A stretch of 64,000 nucleotides of DNA. Source: a virus. Under the pieces are notes generated by a model. The model saw nothing but the letters and a program-made list of their open reading frames with translations. It did not search any database and was not told the DNA's origin. Shown piece after piece: positions 36,239 through 47,282 of the stretch (position 1 is its first letter; each line of letters begins with the position of its first letter). The stretch covers positions 1-64,000 of the IMG/VR virus record IMGVR_UViG_3300044617_002446; one strand, given 5' to 3'. A program made the translations under genes and the position numbers.

Positions 36239-38256
36239 GAAAAAAAAGAGTATTATTTCATTCTGATTTTGCTTTAGCTAAAACAGGTTTTGGCAGAGCA
36301 ATGAAAGCATTATTATCAGAATTATATAAAACCAATAAATATGAAATACATCATGTATGCTGTGGCGTTCATGAAGGCGCAAAAGAATTAGAATTCACGC
36401 CTTGGAAAAGCTATGGTTCGGTTCCCTCTGATCAATTTAAATTAAATGAAATTCAAAAAGATCCAGCCCTATCTAGAACATTAGGCTATGGTTCTGCCAC
36501 GATAGACCAACATGTTTTAAATATAAAACCAGACGTTTACATTGGAACGCAAGATTTTTGGGGGTTAGATTACAACATAGATAAAAACTGGTTCAAAAAA
36601 ATAACAAGCTGCCTTTGGATAACGCTTGATTCTTTACCATTATTACCCCCAGCTGTTAAAAGAGCAAATGATATTCCTAACTATTGGGTTTGGAGTAATT
36701 TTGCTGAAAAAGAAATGAAAAGGCTCGGTCACAATCAAGTCGAAACAATACATGGACCGATCAATGATGAAAAGTTTTTTAGACTTAGCGATGAAAAACG
36801 AAAAGAATTAAGATTAAAAAATAATCTTCCTGAAGACGCTGTAATAATCGGGTTCGTTTTCAGAAATCAATTAAGAAAGCTTGTGCCCAATTTAATGGAG
36901 GGTTATAAACTTTGGAAAGATGCACATCCAGAACTTAAAAACACGTATTTACTTTTGCATACAAATTTTTCAGAAGGATGGAATATAAAAGCGCAAGCAG
37001 ATCAACATGGCGTTGACACAAAAGAAATATTAACTACATATATATGTAGGTCATGTCAAGAATATGAGGTAAAAACATTTGACGATAGGCAGGAAAAGTT
37101 TCAAAAAAATCAAAATGGAGAGTTTTTGCTTGATAAAAATGGTAAAAAAATTGAAGTTGAACTTGACGCTCAAAATAAAAATTGTAATCATTGTAGGACA
37201 GCAGGCTCTCAAATTACCACAGGTGTTGGATTTGGGGTTTCAGAAGAGCAGTTAAACGAGGTTTATAATTTAATGGATGTATATGTCCATCCATTTACTA
37301 GCGGCGGACAAGAAATACCAATACAAGAAGCTAAACTAACCGAACTTATCACTCTTGTTACAAACTATTCGTGTGGAGAGGAATGTTGCGAGCCAGACGC
37401 CTGCTCTCTTCCCCTTGAATGGGCAAAATATCTTGAACATGGAACGGAATTTATAAAAGCATCTACCTATCCTTGGTCAATTAAAGACCAACTAGATAAA
37501 TTTCTTTCTATGACAAATGAAGAAAGAAGAGAAATGGGTAAAAAAGCTAGGCAATGGACTATTAAAAACTTTTCTGCAAAAAACGTCTCTCAAAAAATAG
37601 AAAAATTTTTAGATTCTGCACCACTGTTAAATGAAAACAACAATGCTTTTTTTGAATCAAAAGAGATAAAAAGTCCTAATCCAAATGCTAAAATAGATGG
37701 CGATCTATTAGATAAAGAATGGGTTAAATCTCTTTATAAAGAAATACTTGATCGCGAGGTTGATGAAGCAGACGAAGGCTTTAGATATTGGATGAACGAA
37801 CTTGGTAAAAATACCGAAAGACCAAATATAGAAAACTATTTCCGAAAAGTTGCAGCAGAAGAAAAAGGTAAAGATACCTCTTCTAAATTTGAAGACTTAC
37901 TGGACAAGGATGATAAAAACAAAAGAGCGCTTATAGTTATGCCAGAAAGCTTGGGTGATGTATTAATGCTTACGAGTTTGTTTGAATCGTTTAAACACCA
38001 GTATCCTGATTATAATTTATATATTTCTACAAAACCAGAAAATTTTTCTGTACTCGATGGAAATCCATTTGTGCATAAAGTCATACCATACTTCCCTCAA
38101 ATGGATAATTTAATGTGGCTTGAAGGTCATGGCGAACATGAAGGATACTTTGAAATGGCTTTTTTGCCGCATCTTGGCACCCAAAGAATGTTAAACTATC
38201 TACACAACGGAAAAGATAAAATCGCTTTTGAGATTAAGAATTTTAAAAATGATTAA
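36235..38256 (+). CDS. Multidomain glycosyltransferase: GT4, DUF4214-like helical domain, GT9 N-terminal half
   Basis: TGFGR, FRNQLRK, YNLMDVYVHPFTSGGQEIPIQEA (GT4); WVKSLYKEILDREVD..GFRYW (DUF4214-like); VMPESLGDVLMLTSL..LDGNPFVHKVI (GT9 N-domain). Confidence 0.82.
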   Translation: MRKKRVLFHSDFALAKTGFGRAMKALLSELYKTNKYEIHHVCCGVHEGAKELEFTPWKSYGSVPSDQFKLNEIQKDPALSRTLGYGSATIDQHVLNIKPDVYIGTQDFWGLDYNIDKNWFKKITSCLWITLDSLPLLPPAVKRANDIPNYWVWSNFAEKEMKRLGHNQVETIHGPINDEKFFRLSDEKRKELRLKNNLPEDAVIIGFVFRNQLRKLVPNLMEGYKLWKDAHPELKNTYLLLHTNFSEGWNIKAQADQHGVDTKEILTTYICRSCQEYEVKTFDDRQEKFQKNQNGEFLLDKNGKKIEVELDAQNKNCNHCRTAGSQITTGVGFGVSEEQLNEVYNLMDVYVHPFTSGGQEIPIQEAKLTELITLVTNYSCGEECCEPDACSLPLEWAKYLEHGTEFIKASTYPWSIKDQLDKFLSMTNEERREMGKKARQWTIKNFSAKNVSQKIEKFLDSAPLLNENNNAFFESKEIKSPNPNAKIDGDLLDKEWVKSLYKEILDREVDEADEGFRYWMNELGKNTERPNIENYFRKVAAEEKGKDTSSKFEDLLDKDDKNKRALIVMPESLGDVLMLTSLFESFKHQYPDYNLYISTKPENFSVLDGNPFVHKVIPYFPQMDNLMWLEGHGEHEGYFEMAFLPHLGTQRMLNYLHNGKDKIAFEIKNFKND

Positions 38257-38626
38257 TATACAAACAGAAGTATCGGCTGGAGAGCTTCTAGATAAAATAT
38301 CTATTCTTGAAATAAAGCAAGAAAAAATAAATGATTTTAAAAAACTTCAAGAAATACAAAAAGAGCTTTTCATTTTAAGAAAAACATCTCTTCTTTTAGA
38401 AGGCTCAGATACCTGGATTAAAAAAATTAAAGAAGTAAATAGCAGGCTTTGGAAAATAGAAGATGATATTCGCGACAAAGAAAGAAAAAAAGAATTCGAT
38501 CAAGAGTTTATTGAAATGGCAAGATCTGTTTATTTCACAAACGATCAAAGGTTTAATATAAAAAACGAAATAAATATATATTATAAATCAAATATATTAG
38601 AACAAAAAAATCACGAAAAATACTAA
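38249..38626 (+). CDS. DUF6165-family protein
   Basis: VSAGELLDKISILEIK..VNSRLWKIEDDIR..FIEMARSVYFTNDQR..IK..IN..S.I.E.K. Confidence 0.8.
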   Translation: MINIQTEVSAGELLDKISILEIKQEKINDFKKLQEIQKELFILRKTSLLLEGSDTWIKKIKEVNSRLWKIEDDIRDKERKKEFDQEFIEMARSVYFTNDQRFNIKNEINIYYKSNILEQKNHEKY

Positions 38627-38633
38627 TTTAAAT

Positions 38634-39863
38634 ATGCATATATTAGAACAATATTCATTAAACTGCGGGCTAAAAATAGGAAAACCTTTTATATATAAAA
38701 AATTTTATCCTCTGCCTTTTGATAAATATATAACATTTAATCCTTTTGGTAAATTTAACTCTAGGAAATATTCTTACTGGCAGGATGTAGTAGACATTCT
38801 TCACCCTGTATTATCTGATCATAATATTAAAATTATCCAACTTGGTGGAAAAGATGAACCAAATTATACGGGCTGCTATAATGCAGCAGGTATTACTAAT
38901 TTGAACCAATCCGCATATATAATTAGCAATAGTCTTTTGCATTTTGGCGTAGATAGTTTTCCCGTTCACGCAGCTTCAGCTTTTGATAAAAAAATAGTTG
39001 CACTTTACTGCAACATGTATGCATCTCAATCGAAACCATATTGGTCAAAAGAGGAAGACGTATCATTAATACAGGCGGATTTAAAAGGAAAAAAACCTTC
39101 ATATGCACCAGAAGAAAATCCAAAAACAATTGACTCAATAAAGCCAGAACTTATAGCAAATGAAATACTTAAAAAGCTTGAAATAAAAAATAAAGTAGAA
39201 CAAAACTCGATTTTTTTTGGAGAAAATTACCCGAATCTAGAACTAGACTTTATTCCAGATTCAAGTATTCTTATAGATAAAGGAATTAATCAAACATTAA
39301 ACGTTAGGTTTGATTTATTAGACAAGCCAGCTTCAGATGAACAAATAAATATCGCCGTAGTTAACATACAAAAAAGAAAATGCAGGATTTATTTATCTGA
39401 TATAATACCAGTAGATTTTTTAAAACATCCAGAACTTAGAAAAAATACAGAGAGTATTATTTTTAAAATAAAAGACTATTCAGTCGAAACAAAAAAGTTT
39501 ATTTCCAAATTGAAATCCATAGGGGGTAATATTAAATATATTGCGTGCAGCAAAACATTCAATACCGAAGAAAAATTTTCATTATTAAAACTTGAAATGT
39601 TGGATTATTGTCTTGTAGAAAAAGAGCAATTAAAACCAATTGAAAACGAAATCAAAAAACAAATTTTGAAAAATAAAAATTCATTGACTTTTTATAAAAG
39701 TTGTAGGATAATATACTCAAAAGGTGAAAGCTTTATTAGTGAAGCCGCCCTAAAAGAGAAAAAATCAACTACATCATTCGTACAAAAAATCAAAGACATT
39801 AAAAACATAGATCTACTTCTTGAAAAAGATCATAGTAATATTTATATTTTTAATAAAAAATAA
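38634..39863 (+). CDS. GT9 C-terminal-half glycosyltransferase plus an unknown domain
   Basis: YITF..SRKYSYWQDV..IIQLGG..TNLNQSAYII..HFGVDSFPVHAASAFDKKIVALY..IKPELI. Confidence 0.78.
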   Translation: MHILEQYSLNCGLKIGKPFIYKKFYPLPFDKYITFNPFGKFNSRKYSYWQDVVDILHPVLSDHNIKIIQLGGKDEPNYTGCYNAAGITNLNQSAYIISNSLLHFGVDSFPVHAASAFDKKIVALYCNMYASQSKPYWSKEEDVSLIQADLKGKKPSYAPEENPKTIDSIKPELIANEILKKLEIKNKVEQNSIFFGENYPNLELDFIPDSSILIDKGINQTLNVRFDLLDKPASDEQINIAVVNIQKRKCRIYLSDIIPVDFLKHPELRKNTESIIFKIKDYSVETKKFISKLKSIGGNIKYIACSKTFNTEEKFSLLKLEMLDYCLVEKEQLKPIENEIKKQILKNKNSLTFYKSCRIIYSKGESFISEAALKEKKSTTSFVQKIKDIKNIDLLLEKDHSNIYIFNKK

Positions 39864-39864
39864 A

Positions 39865-40653
39865 ATGGAACAAGAACAACAAAATCAACAGATCGCAAAA
39901 AAATCAAACAAGAAAAACTCAAGTGAGGCAGATTTAAAATTTAAAAGAGATCAAAATGGGCTTATATGTGGTGTAACTTATCAGTTTAATGACAACGGCA
40001 CAATAAACTGGAGATCAATGATCCAAAAAGAACACTTGGTTCCAAATAGAGATCTTTTTAAAAATCAAGATTCAAAAGAAATAGACGTGTCTACCCTGCC
40101 AGACAATCAGCTTTTAATACTATTGGCTGGAATCAAAGATTTGGCTCAAATTAGGGGCTATGAAAGTGTTGAGTATAAAGTTATACAAGCTGGTCCGCAG
40201 TATGTTGCGGTAAAATGTACCATTAAATGGCTTCCAAATTATGAAACAAGTATGCAATCCGTATCATTTTCTTCTTTAGCTGATGCGCACTTGGATAACA
40301 CGAAAAGTTTCGCCAAAGATTTTTTAATGGCTATTGCTGAAAATAGAGCGTTTGTTAGAGCAGTTAGAAATTTTTTAAGAATTAATATTGTAGGAAGTGA
40401 TGAAATGGGCGATTCAACCAAAAGCACTCCACCGATAGAATCTAATGACGCTCCCCCTATTTCAGCAACACATCCATCCAATGTTCTTTCCGATTTAATG
40501 AAAAAAGCAAATATCTCTTTCGATAAAATCAAAGAGACGATGAATAAAGAAGGCATACAGGAATCAGAAGCCTGGAATTCTATAAATGATATTCCGAATA
40601 AAATAATTTTCTCTTTAATTCAAAGATTAAAGAAAAAAATTAATACGAATTAA
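39865..40653 (+). CDS. Putative single-strand annealing protein (Rad52/Sak/ERF-like)
   Basis: VKCTI..F..LADA..N..MAIAENRAFVRAVRNFLRI..E. The ATG at 39865 is preferred. Confidence 0.5.
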   Translation: MEQEQQNQQIAKKSNKKNSSEADLKFKRDQNGLICGVTYQFNDNGTINWRSMIQKEHLVPNRDLFKNQDSKEIDVSTLPDNQLLILLAGIKDLAQIRGYESVEYKVIQAGPQYVAVKCTIKWLPNYETSMQSVSFSSLADAHLDNTKSFAKDFLMAIAENRAFVRAVRNFLRINIVGSDEMGDSTKSTPPIESNDAPPISATHPSNVLSDLMKKANISFDKIKETMNKEGIQESEAWNSINDIPNKIIFSLIQRLKKKINTN

Positions 40654-41647
40654 GAATCTCATCTTTCACACCGACGCCCTGCCTCAAACAATTTTGACAG
40701 CTGCCGGCTTCCGATAGTTTAACTTCATCTGATCCATCATAATAAAATCTAGAGCAACATTCTCTGTCTTGCTCTTGTTTTGGTATGGAAATACTGCCAA
40801 AAACTTGCGGTCCTAAAATTCCTGCAAATCCTGTTTGACCAATGATCATACTTAATGGAAAAAAAATTGGTATAACAGAACCTTCAAAAGTTACATAAGC
40901 CATAAAACTTGATCCTGTTCCAAATCCCGTATAATTATACGTAGTTTTAAAACCATATTGATTTTGCACTTGTGAAGTATATCCTATAAAAGAAGTTCCG
41001 TATGGCGTCATAACCATAACTCTCGGCCAATATAGTCTTCTAAATGTAATTATAGAAGAAAAATCTATTATTACACTCACTCCGTCATTATTTCCAACAT
41101 GAAAAGGACCAGCAGCCGGCAAAACTCCTTCTGTTACTCCTATTGGTATATCGTCTGTCACTAAAGAAGAATTGGAAGGCTTTCTTTTATTTGATCTAGT
41201 ATGTAAAACTTTTTCTGCTATTGGAGAGTTTGGCGCCTGTGCTAAATTTAAATTATCCAAATCAGCGCCATCCGCTTTATTGTTATCTTTTATTCTGTTT
41301 CTTATTCTTGATGTAAAACCTATCCGTGTTATTCCATTACCCTGGAAAGGTTTCGACAATGAAAGTTCACCAGCCGCAACTCCAACCAACCCTCCGCCCG
41401 CACTTCCAGCTGCACCACCGCCCATTAAAAAGTCTGAAACCTGATCTCTTGGAGGCATATAACCAGCAACGGCAAATCTAAAATATCTAACTCTCCAATA
41501 TAAAAAGTGCATACGTTCAAAGGTAAATCCAACAGGTCTGTCACTACCGTTTCCTACAACAAATTTTCTTTCAGGTAGATCATCTGGATTTACAGGAATT
41601 TCTCCTAAATAATTTATATAAATTGGAGATTTTAATTTTTCTTCCAT
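40640..41647 (-). CDS. Hypothetical tail/baseplate-region protein
   Basis: Last gene of the structural array; convergent 14-nt overlap with 39865..40653. Confidence 0.6.
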   Translation of the reverse strand: MEEKLKSPIYINYLGEIPVNPDDLPERKFVVGNGSDRPVGFTFERMHFLYWRVRYFRFAVAGYMPPRDQVSDFLMGGGAAGSAGGGLVGVAAGELSLSKPFQGNGITRIGFTSRIRNRIKDNNKADGADLDNLNLAQAPNSPIAEKVLHTRSNKRKPSNSSLVTDDIPIGVTEGVLPAAGPFHVGNNDGVSVIIDFSSIITFRRLYWPRVMVMTPYGTSFIGYTSQVQNQYGFKTTYNYTGFGTGSSFMAYVTFEGSVIPIFFPLSMIIGQTGFAGILGPQVFGSISIPKQEQDRECCSRFYYDGSDEVKLSEAGSCQNCLRQGVGVKDEILNSY

Positions 41648-41650
41648 ATT

Positions 41651-42328
41651 TTAAAATGGATTTGAACCTATAACAACTCCAGAGGGGTGAGCATTCCCAT
41701 GCCACGGCATAGGAAACGCAACAGGAACGCCCCTATGCTGCGAAGCCATCATTATTAAATTTGAATTTGCCTTTTGTATAACTGTAATACTTCCACTTTC
41801 TTGATTTTGATTAAAATAATAAGCATCATCAGATCTTAGACCTAAAAGCAAATAGGCTTTTGTTTGTCTTTTGTAATCCGCAATTTTTTTTATATATCCG
41901 TTATCATCAACTTCATCTTCTGGTATTAATCTCAACATAGAAGGAAAGTCAACCCATCCTCCAGGATCAATTACATTTTTTCCTCCTTTTCCAGGAGAAT
42001 CTCTGCCAACCTTTTCACATTTAATAAACGCATTACCAGAAACTTGAAGATTTCCAAGTATTGTAAAATCTATAAAAACCTTTGCATCTTTTTCCCACTC
42101 AAATCCAGAGTTTATACCGATAATATTTATTTGTTGTCTTTTATCATAAGAAAAAGTTCTGAAACAGTCACCTGTTCTAACCATATAATAAGACTTTCCT
42201 TCGCTGCCCTTTGATCCGTAACCATTTGGTTTAGGTCCGCCAAAAGCCTCATCGTATTCAACAATTTGGAAAGGGTAAGAGATATTGGAACTTTTAATTG
42301 GTATTATATTAGCTTTATATGTAGCCAT
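41651..42328 (-). CDS. Hypothetical tail/baseplate-region protein
   Basis: Packed with 3-4 nt spacers in the structural array. Confidence 0.6.
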   Translation of the reverse strand: MATYKANIIPIKSSNISYPFQIVEYDEAFGGPKPNGYGSKGSEGKSYYMVRTGDCFRTFSYDKRQQINIIGINSGFEWEKDAKVFIDFTILGNLQVSGNAFIKCEKVGRDSPGKGGKNVIDPGGWVDFPSMLRLIPEDEVDDNGYIKKIADYKRQTKAYLLLGLRSDDAYYFNQNQESGSITVIQKANSNLIMMASQHRGVPVAFPMPWHGNAHPSGVVIGSNPF

Positions 42329-42332
42329 AATA

Positions 42333-45300
42333 TTAAATATTTTGTATTATTATACTTGAACCAGAACCAGTAATATAAACATTTCCGCCTGTTGTATAAA
42401 TATAATTTTTATCAAAAACTGTTAATTTAGCAGCGTCTTTATTATTAGACAAACCAAAAGAGTTGGTGTATGAAACACCAATGGTAAATTTAGATGGATA
42501 TAGACCAGAATACTCACCAATCAAAGATCCAGATACCTCTTTATCTGAAATACTTGGAACAGAAAACAATCTATCCAAGAAAAGAGATTCACCTGTAGAT
42601 ATTTGCCAAATGCCCGAAAATTCCCTTTCTCCTTGATATGTAGAAATAGGTCCAGATATAAAACCAGAACCGCTATTATTATAAAAATATCCCGTCATAG
42701 CATAATTTTTGTGTTCAAAAAAACCACTATATAATCCAGTTCCAGATATATATTGATAATAAGTTTCGCCTCCAGAAAGGCGTCCATCATATTTTATTCC
42801 ATTTATTCCACCAAAATCAGAATAAAAATCAAAAGAAGTTAAATTACCGGAGTCACCTATACCGCTTGATATTATTATAATTGAATTATCTATATCATTT
42901 ATAACAAATGAACAATTGAAAAGAGAACCAAAGTCCTCACCTGTTAGAATAGAACACAAACCAGAAAAAGAATCAAAATAGCCAGGCGGCACATTATTCG
43001 ATATATTATTTGTATAAAATATTAAATTATCATTTAATAATAAATAATCGTTTGTCGTTAGAAGTGGTTCAATTATTTTTATAAAACCAGATGCATATTT
43101 ATACCCTGTTGGAACTTTATATTGAATAACAACTCCAGCCGAGCTTCCAGTTATACCTGTTGAATAATTTATATAGCCAGACGTTGAAATACCTGTTATA
43201 TTATAAAAAGATTTAATATAACCAGTAATGCCACTTTCGTAATCAAAAGTTTGAAAATTTGTATAGTAAGTTACACCCGTTGTTATATTCACGTCATAAG
43301 TAGGATTTAGCCATCTACCAAAAGCCAAGTCTTTATTTACAACATCTAGCTTTATTCTAGTGTATGACCCACTAAAACGACCAGATCCAGATGCAAAAAA
43401 CGCATCAAAACTCCTAATTGTATCTATTTCTTTTGTAGTTGGATTATAAAACCAGTCTACAATACCCGTATTAAAAATACCTGTTGCATAAATTGGACCC
43501 TTATATAAAGAGTAACCGGTATTTGAAACTATTCTTCCACTTGCTCTATTGAATCTTATATAATCACCAGAAGAATACCCAATAATTCGACCGCTCATTA
43601 AGGCGTTTTCAAAAACTCTAACACCGCTATCTTGAGGTCTAACATCGGCGGTAAAATGTCCGCTTATACTAACCGGCACATTTCCACTGGGAATTATTTC
43701 ATACAATCCGCCATCCCAACAAGTTAAACCAGTTTGTAATTCAGGGTTATCTCTATCCAAAGAAAAGAAATTTATTTTATTAACTTTAAAATAATCAACT
43801 GGATTTAATCCGACTAAATCAATTGGACTCTTAAAATCCTGAAGCTCAACTTTATAATAATTAAATTTTACATCGCCAGCCTCACCAGGGTTAATTCCTA
43901 AATTATTAAAATCAATAAGCCAACCTGTCCTCAAAGATTCCACAAAAAATGGACCATCACCGCTACCGTCCTGTTCTTCATCATCTTCATCCTCGTCTTC
44001 GCCTTCGTCTTCCTGTTCTTTACATGTAATACCTGATCCAATATAAAAAATATCAAATTCTTGGTCAAATAATTGTGGTGGACACCATTTTCCAGCTTGC
44101 TCAACTGTCTTTTTTGTTAACTTTAATAGACTTCTTGGTCTATACCAAGGATCTGCTATAAACCCTGAACCAGATAAATCTATGCCTGTTTTTATATCTA
44201 GTCCAGTTTGTGCATATAATGAATCATAAATACCAGAATTAGTATAACCACTTAATAAACCAAATCCATCTGAAAGAAAAGGTTCGTTTTTCAGATATTC
44301 TTCTGGTACACTTGCTATAGTAGAATCAATACCGGTCCAATTAATGTTTGATATATAATGAAGCCTACTCCATGTTTTAGCATCTTGCGAACCATATAGA
44401 GATATAGAATTTGGTAAAACAAATTTGAATCCATCTACCCTACCGGTTTCGAGATCAAGTCTTCTTTGTGTTTTGTTTATTTTTATATTGTATCCACCAC
44501 TATGATAGTAGTTAGATTTATATCCAATAATTCTACCACTCCAATATTTTAATATAGATTCTGATGGACTATTAGTAAAGTAATCACTAGGGTTTATATA
44601 AAAAACATCAGCTAATGGTCTTTCAATTTTTTCAAAAACACCAGTTTGACCAATGCCCGTATTACAACCAAGACCAGCATACCATATAAATCCAGTTCTA
44701 TTTGGATTATAAGTATATGAAGAGAACTCTTGGTTTAATTTATTAAATAAATCACCCGGAGTAGAAAAATCTTTTTTAAATTCTAAATTAAAATTAGAAA
44801 TTTTTTTGTATGGAGGATTACTAATATATATATTTTTATATAAACCAGTATAATCAAAGTTGTACGGCTCAAAAGACAGAGTATCTCCAGAAAAAAAGTC
44901 ACCAAAAAATATTATACCGCTGGACCCACTAAAAAAAGAATCAGATGAAAAAAGACCCGTATTTGTACTTGTTTCGTATAAAAAACTATTATTAGATGGA
45001 TCTATACCTGTTACACTCCCTTTCATGACACCAGAAATTAAATCAACAACAAAGGCATCATATAAAGGACCAGGTGGAGGCAGTTGCCCGCCAGAGATGC
45101 CATATTTTCCGGATAGTCCATCTATACAAATTTCTTTTGGCTCTTTGTCATCGAGTTCTTCACACCCTTCTTTTTCAAGGCATATCGCAGAAAAATTATT
45201 TAAAAAACTATGCCAGCCAGTTATTAGGAAAGGGTCAACTCTTAACAGCGGTAAATAATAATAAGCAGAATATACATCTGGAACAGCTTCATAAACTTTA

Positions 45301-47282
45301 CTTATTATACTTTTATCTAATTCAATAGCGTAAGCAAAAACATTTTTACTATTTGTTCCCGATCTCACGTCATAAGTTAAAAAAGCATTTCTATTAGAGT
45401 TATAGATAAGTGTATTTTTGATTATTTGCGGAAAATTTTTAATAGAAAAAACGTATCTAGTATTTGCTTCATTAAGAGAAGTATAAAAGTTTTCTGCCAG
45501 AGAAGGCTTTTCATTTACTTTTACAAAGTATTCTGAATTAAGATAATTAGAAAAATTATGAACAATTTGAAAAGCTGGATCTTTTTCAGAAAACGTATTC
45601 GGGTTTATATACCCGTTCGATATTAAAGAATTTTTATAATCCTCATTAAATCCAGGATCACTCGACCAATTATCAGCAGAATAAAAATAAAAATAATTTT
45701 TGTCTAAACCACGATATATATCAACCTTAGGATCTGAAATATATTTATATTCAAAATTTAAACCAGTAACAACTTTTCCAGAAAGAGAACTTCCAGATAT
45801 CTTTAAAAAAGAATTTAATGAAAATGAAGCCTGACCTGTTGGCATTTTGATAAAGTAATCAGAAGGCTCATATGACCAGCCAACTGTTTTATCTATTTTT
45901 TGTAATTTTTTATTAATCGCCGTATCTATTTCAAAATTTTCTACACTAGGGTCTCCACTTCCACCGATAACGATACTTAAAGGTGTTTTTAAAAAATCAA
46001 CATATTTTAAACCATTATCCACAATAGTTTGTGTAAATCCCCAACCATTAAAGGCATATAAAAAATTTTTATTATAATTATTAAAAGCAAACTCATCACA
46101 TTTCTCATCTCCAATCCCTAAAATACTACCATCATTTAAAACTACCACAAACCCATTCGCTCCAGCGTTTACATAAACTGCACCCGTTATAGAATTTAAA
46201 TATGCAAAATCTTGAAAAGATCCAACGCCAGTCGCAAAAACTCTGCCAAATTTTTCATTAATAGAGTTTTCATATATAATTATTGTTTTAAACTCGCCTG
46301 CAGAAATTTCTTTAACAAAAGAAAATACTGGTATATTTCTTTGACCAAAAAAGTTATCTCCACGAGAAAAAATTTGACCATTTTTATTTAAAAATAAAGA
46401 ATGAGAATAGCCTGCTGAAATATAGTCTACATTTACTAATGTATCTAAATTTGATATTTGACCACTACTATTACTACCAATACCTGTTACCGTACCGTCT
46501 TCAAATAAAACAAGAGAATAACCATTTCCAGCGGCTGCATATTTAATATTCTTTTGTAAGGAGTTTATATTTTCAAAATTTATTTGCCCACTATAATTTG
46601 CACCCCATCCAGTCACCCTATAAAGATTTTCATTTTTTTTAGTTATATCAACAATGGCTTGCACAGAAAAACTATTTGTAGAATTAAGCAAAAGATTTCT
46701 TGTCGTTGGATAAATTTCTAAAGAAAAAGATTCATCTTTTTTTAAAGAAAAGTTCCCAGTAAAAAAAAATGGAAATTGGGATCTTTCGTCTAGAATTTTT
46801 TCATTTTGATTTGGATATTTTTTAACACAAATACCAGCATCAAACATTCCTGTAATTGTTATGTTTTTTTCAAATCCAGAAAACGGATCCGATGACGAAA
46901 GAGGAATCCACATTGGGCTTGCCCAACTACCTGTAATTGGAGTTGAAAAATCATAAAAACCAGTTGGACTAGAATAATTTATATTATATTTTACAGATTC
47001 AGTAGAAACTTGTGGCAAATAAACCCCAACAGCGTGATCATATCCAGCAGAAATATTATTAAAAAATAAATTTGACACACCAACCGATGCAAAATTCAAA
47101 ACGCCAGAAACATTTGTACCCCATCCCTGTATGTTAGAATTTTCATTTAATATTAAAGAATAATCAGGTGCAACAGACATAAAAACAGGAGAAAAACTTT
47201 CTCCACCTTTTGACCTGTTATCCTTTGTTAAACCAAACCCCGATATCGAAGTTAAAGTATCCCTTTTTATCTTTTTTCGCAT
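42333..47282 (-). CDS. Large S/T-G-rich virion protein with N-terminal RCC1-like repeats
   Basis: ISAGYDHAV, VTGWGANYSGQ, AAAGNGYSLVL.EDGTV.GIG.N.SGQ and ISAGYSHSLFL..NGQI..RGDN.FGQ are RCC1-type blades. GTGTA motif at 47294-47298. Confidence 0.75.
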   Translation of the reverse strand: MRKKIKRDTLTSISGFGLTKDNRSKGGESFSPVFMSVAPDYSLILNENSNIQGWGTNVSGVLNFASVGVSNLFFNNISAGYDHAVGVYLPQVSTESVKYNINYSSPTGFYDFSTPITGSWASPMWIPLSSSDPFSGFEKNITITGMFDAGICVKKYPNQNEKILDERSQFPFFFTGNFSLKKDESFSLEIYPTTRNLLLNSTNSFSVQAIVDITKKNENLYRVTGWGANYSGQINFENINSLQKNIKYAAAGNGYSLVLFEDGTVTGIGSNSSGQISNLDTLVNVDYISAGYSHSLFLNKNGQIFSRGDNFFGQRNIPVFSFVKEISAGEFKTIIIYENSINEKFGRVFATGVGSFQDFAYLNSITGAVYVNAGANGFVVVLNDGSILGIGDEKCDEFAFNNYNKNFLYAFNGWGFTQTIVDNGLKYVDFLKTPLSIVIGGSGDPSVENFEIDTAINKKLQKIDKTVGWSYEPSDYFIKMPTGQASFSLNSFLKISGSSLSGKVVTGLNFEYKYISDPKVDIYRGLDKNYFYFYSADNWSSDPGFNEDYKNSLISNGYINPNTFSEKDPAFQIVHNFSNYLNSEYFVKVNEKPSLAENFYTSLNEANTRYVFSIKNFPQIIKNTLIYNSNRNAFLTYDVRSGTNSKNVFAYAIELDKSIISKVYEAVPDVYSAYYYLPLLRVDPFLITGWHSFLNNFSAICLEKEGCEELDDKEPKEICIDGLSGKYGISGGQLPPPGPLYDAFVVDLISGVMKGSVTGIDPSNNSFLYETSTNTGLFSSDSFFSGSSGIIFFGDFFSGDTLSFEPYNFDYTGLYKNIYISNPPYKKISNFNLEFKKDFSTPGDLFNKLNQEFSSYTYNPNRTGFIWYAGLGCNTGIGQTGVFEKIERPLADVFYINPSDYFTNSPSESILKYWSGRIIGYKSNYYHSGGYNIKINKTQRRLDLETGRVDGFKFVLPNSISLYGSQDAKTWSRLHYISNINWTGIDSTIASVPEEYLKNEPFLSDGFGLLSGYTNSGIYDSLYAQTGLDIKTGIDLSGSGFIADPWYRPRSLLKLTKKTVEQAGKWCPPQLFDQEFDIFYIGSGITCKEQEDEGEDEDEDDEEQDGSGDGPFFVESLRTGWLIDFNNLGINPGEAGDVKFNYYKVELQDFKSPIDLVGLNPVDYFKVNKINFFSLDRDNPELQTGLTCWDGGLYEIIPSGNVPVSISGHFTADVRPQDSGVRVFENALMSGRIIGYSSGDYIRFNRASGRIVSNTGYSLYKGPIYATGIFNTGIVDWFYNPTTKEIDTIRSFDAFFASGSGRFSGSYTRIKLDVVNKDLAFGRWLNPTYDVNITTGVTYYTNFQTFDYESGITGYIKSFYNITGISTSGYINYSTGITGSSAGVVIQYKVPTGYKYASGFIKIIEPLLTTNDYLLLNDNLIFYTNNISNNVPPGYFDSFSGLCSILTGEDFGSLFNCSFVINDIDNSIIIISSGIGDSGNLTSFDFYSDFGGINGIKYDGRLSGGETYYQYISGTGLYSGFFEHKNYAMTGYFYNNSGSGFISGPISTYQGEREFSGIWQISTGESLFLDRLFSVPSISDKEVSGSLIGEYSGLYPSKFTIGVSYTNSFGLSNNKDAAKLTVFDKNYIYTTGGNVYITGSGSSIIIQNI

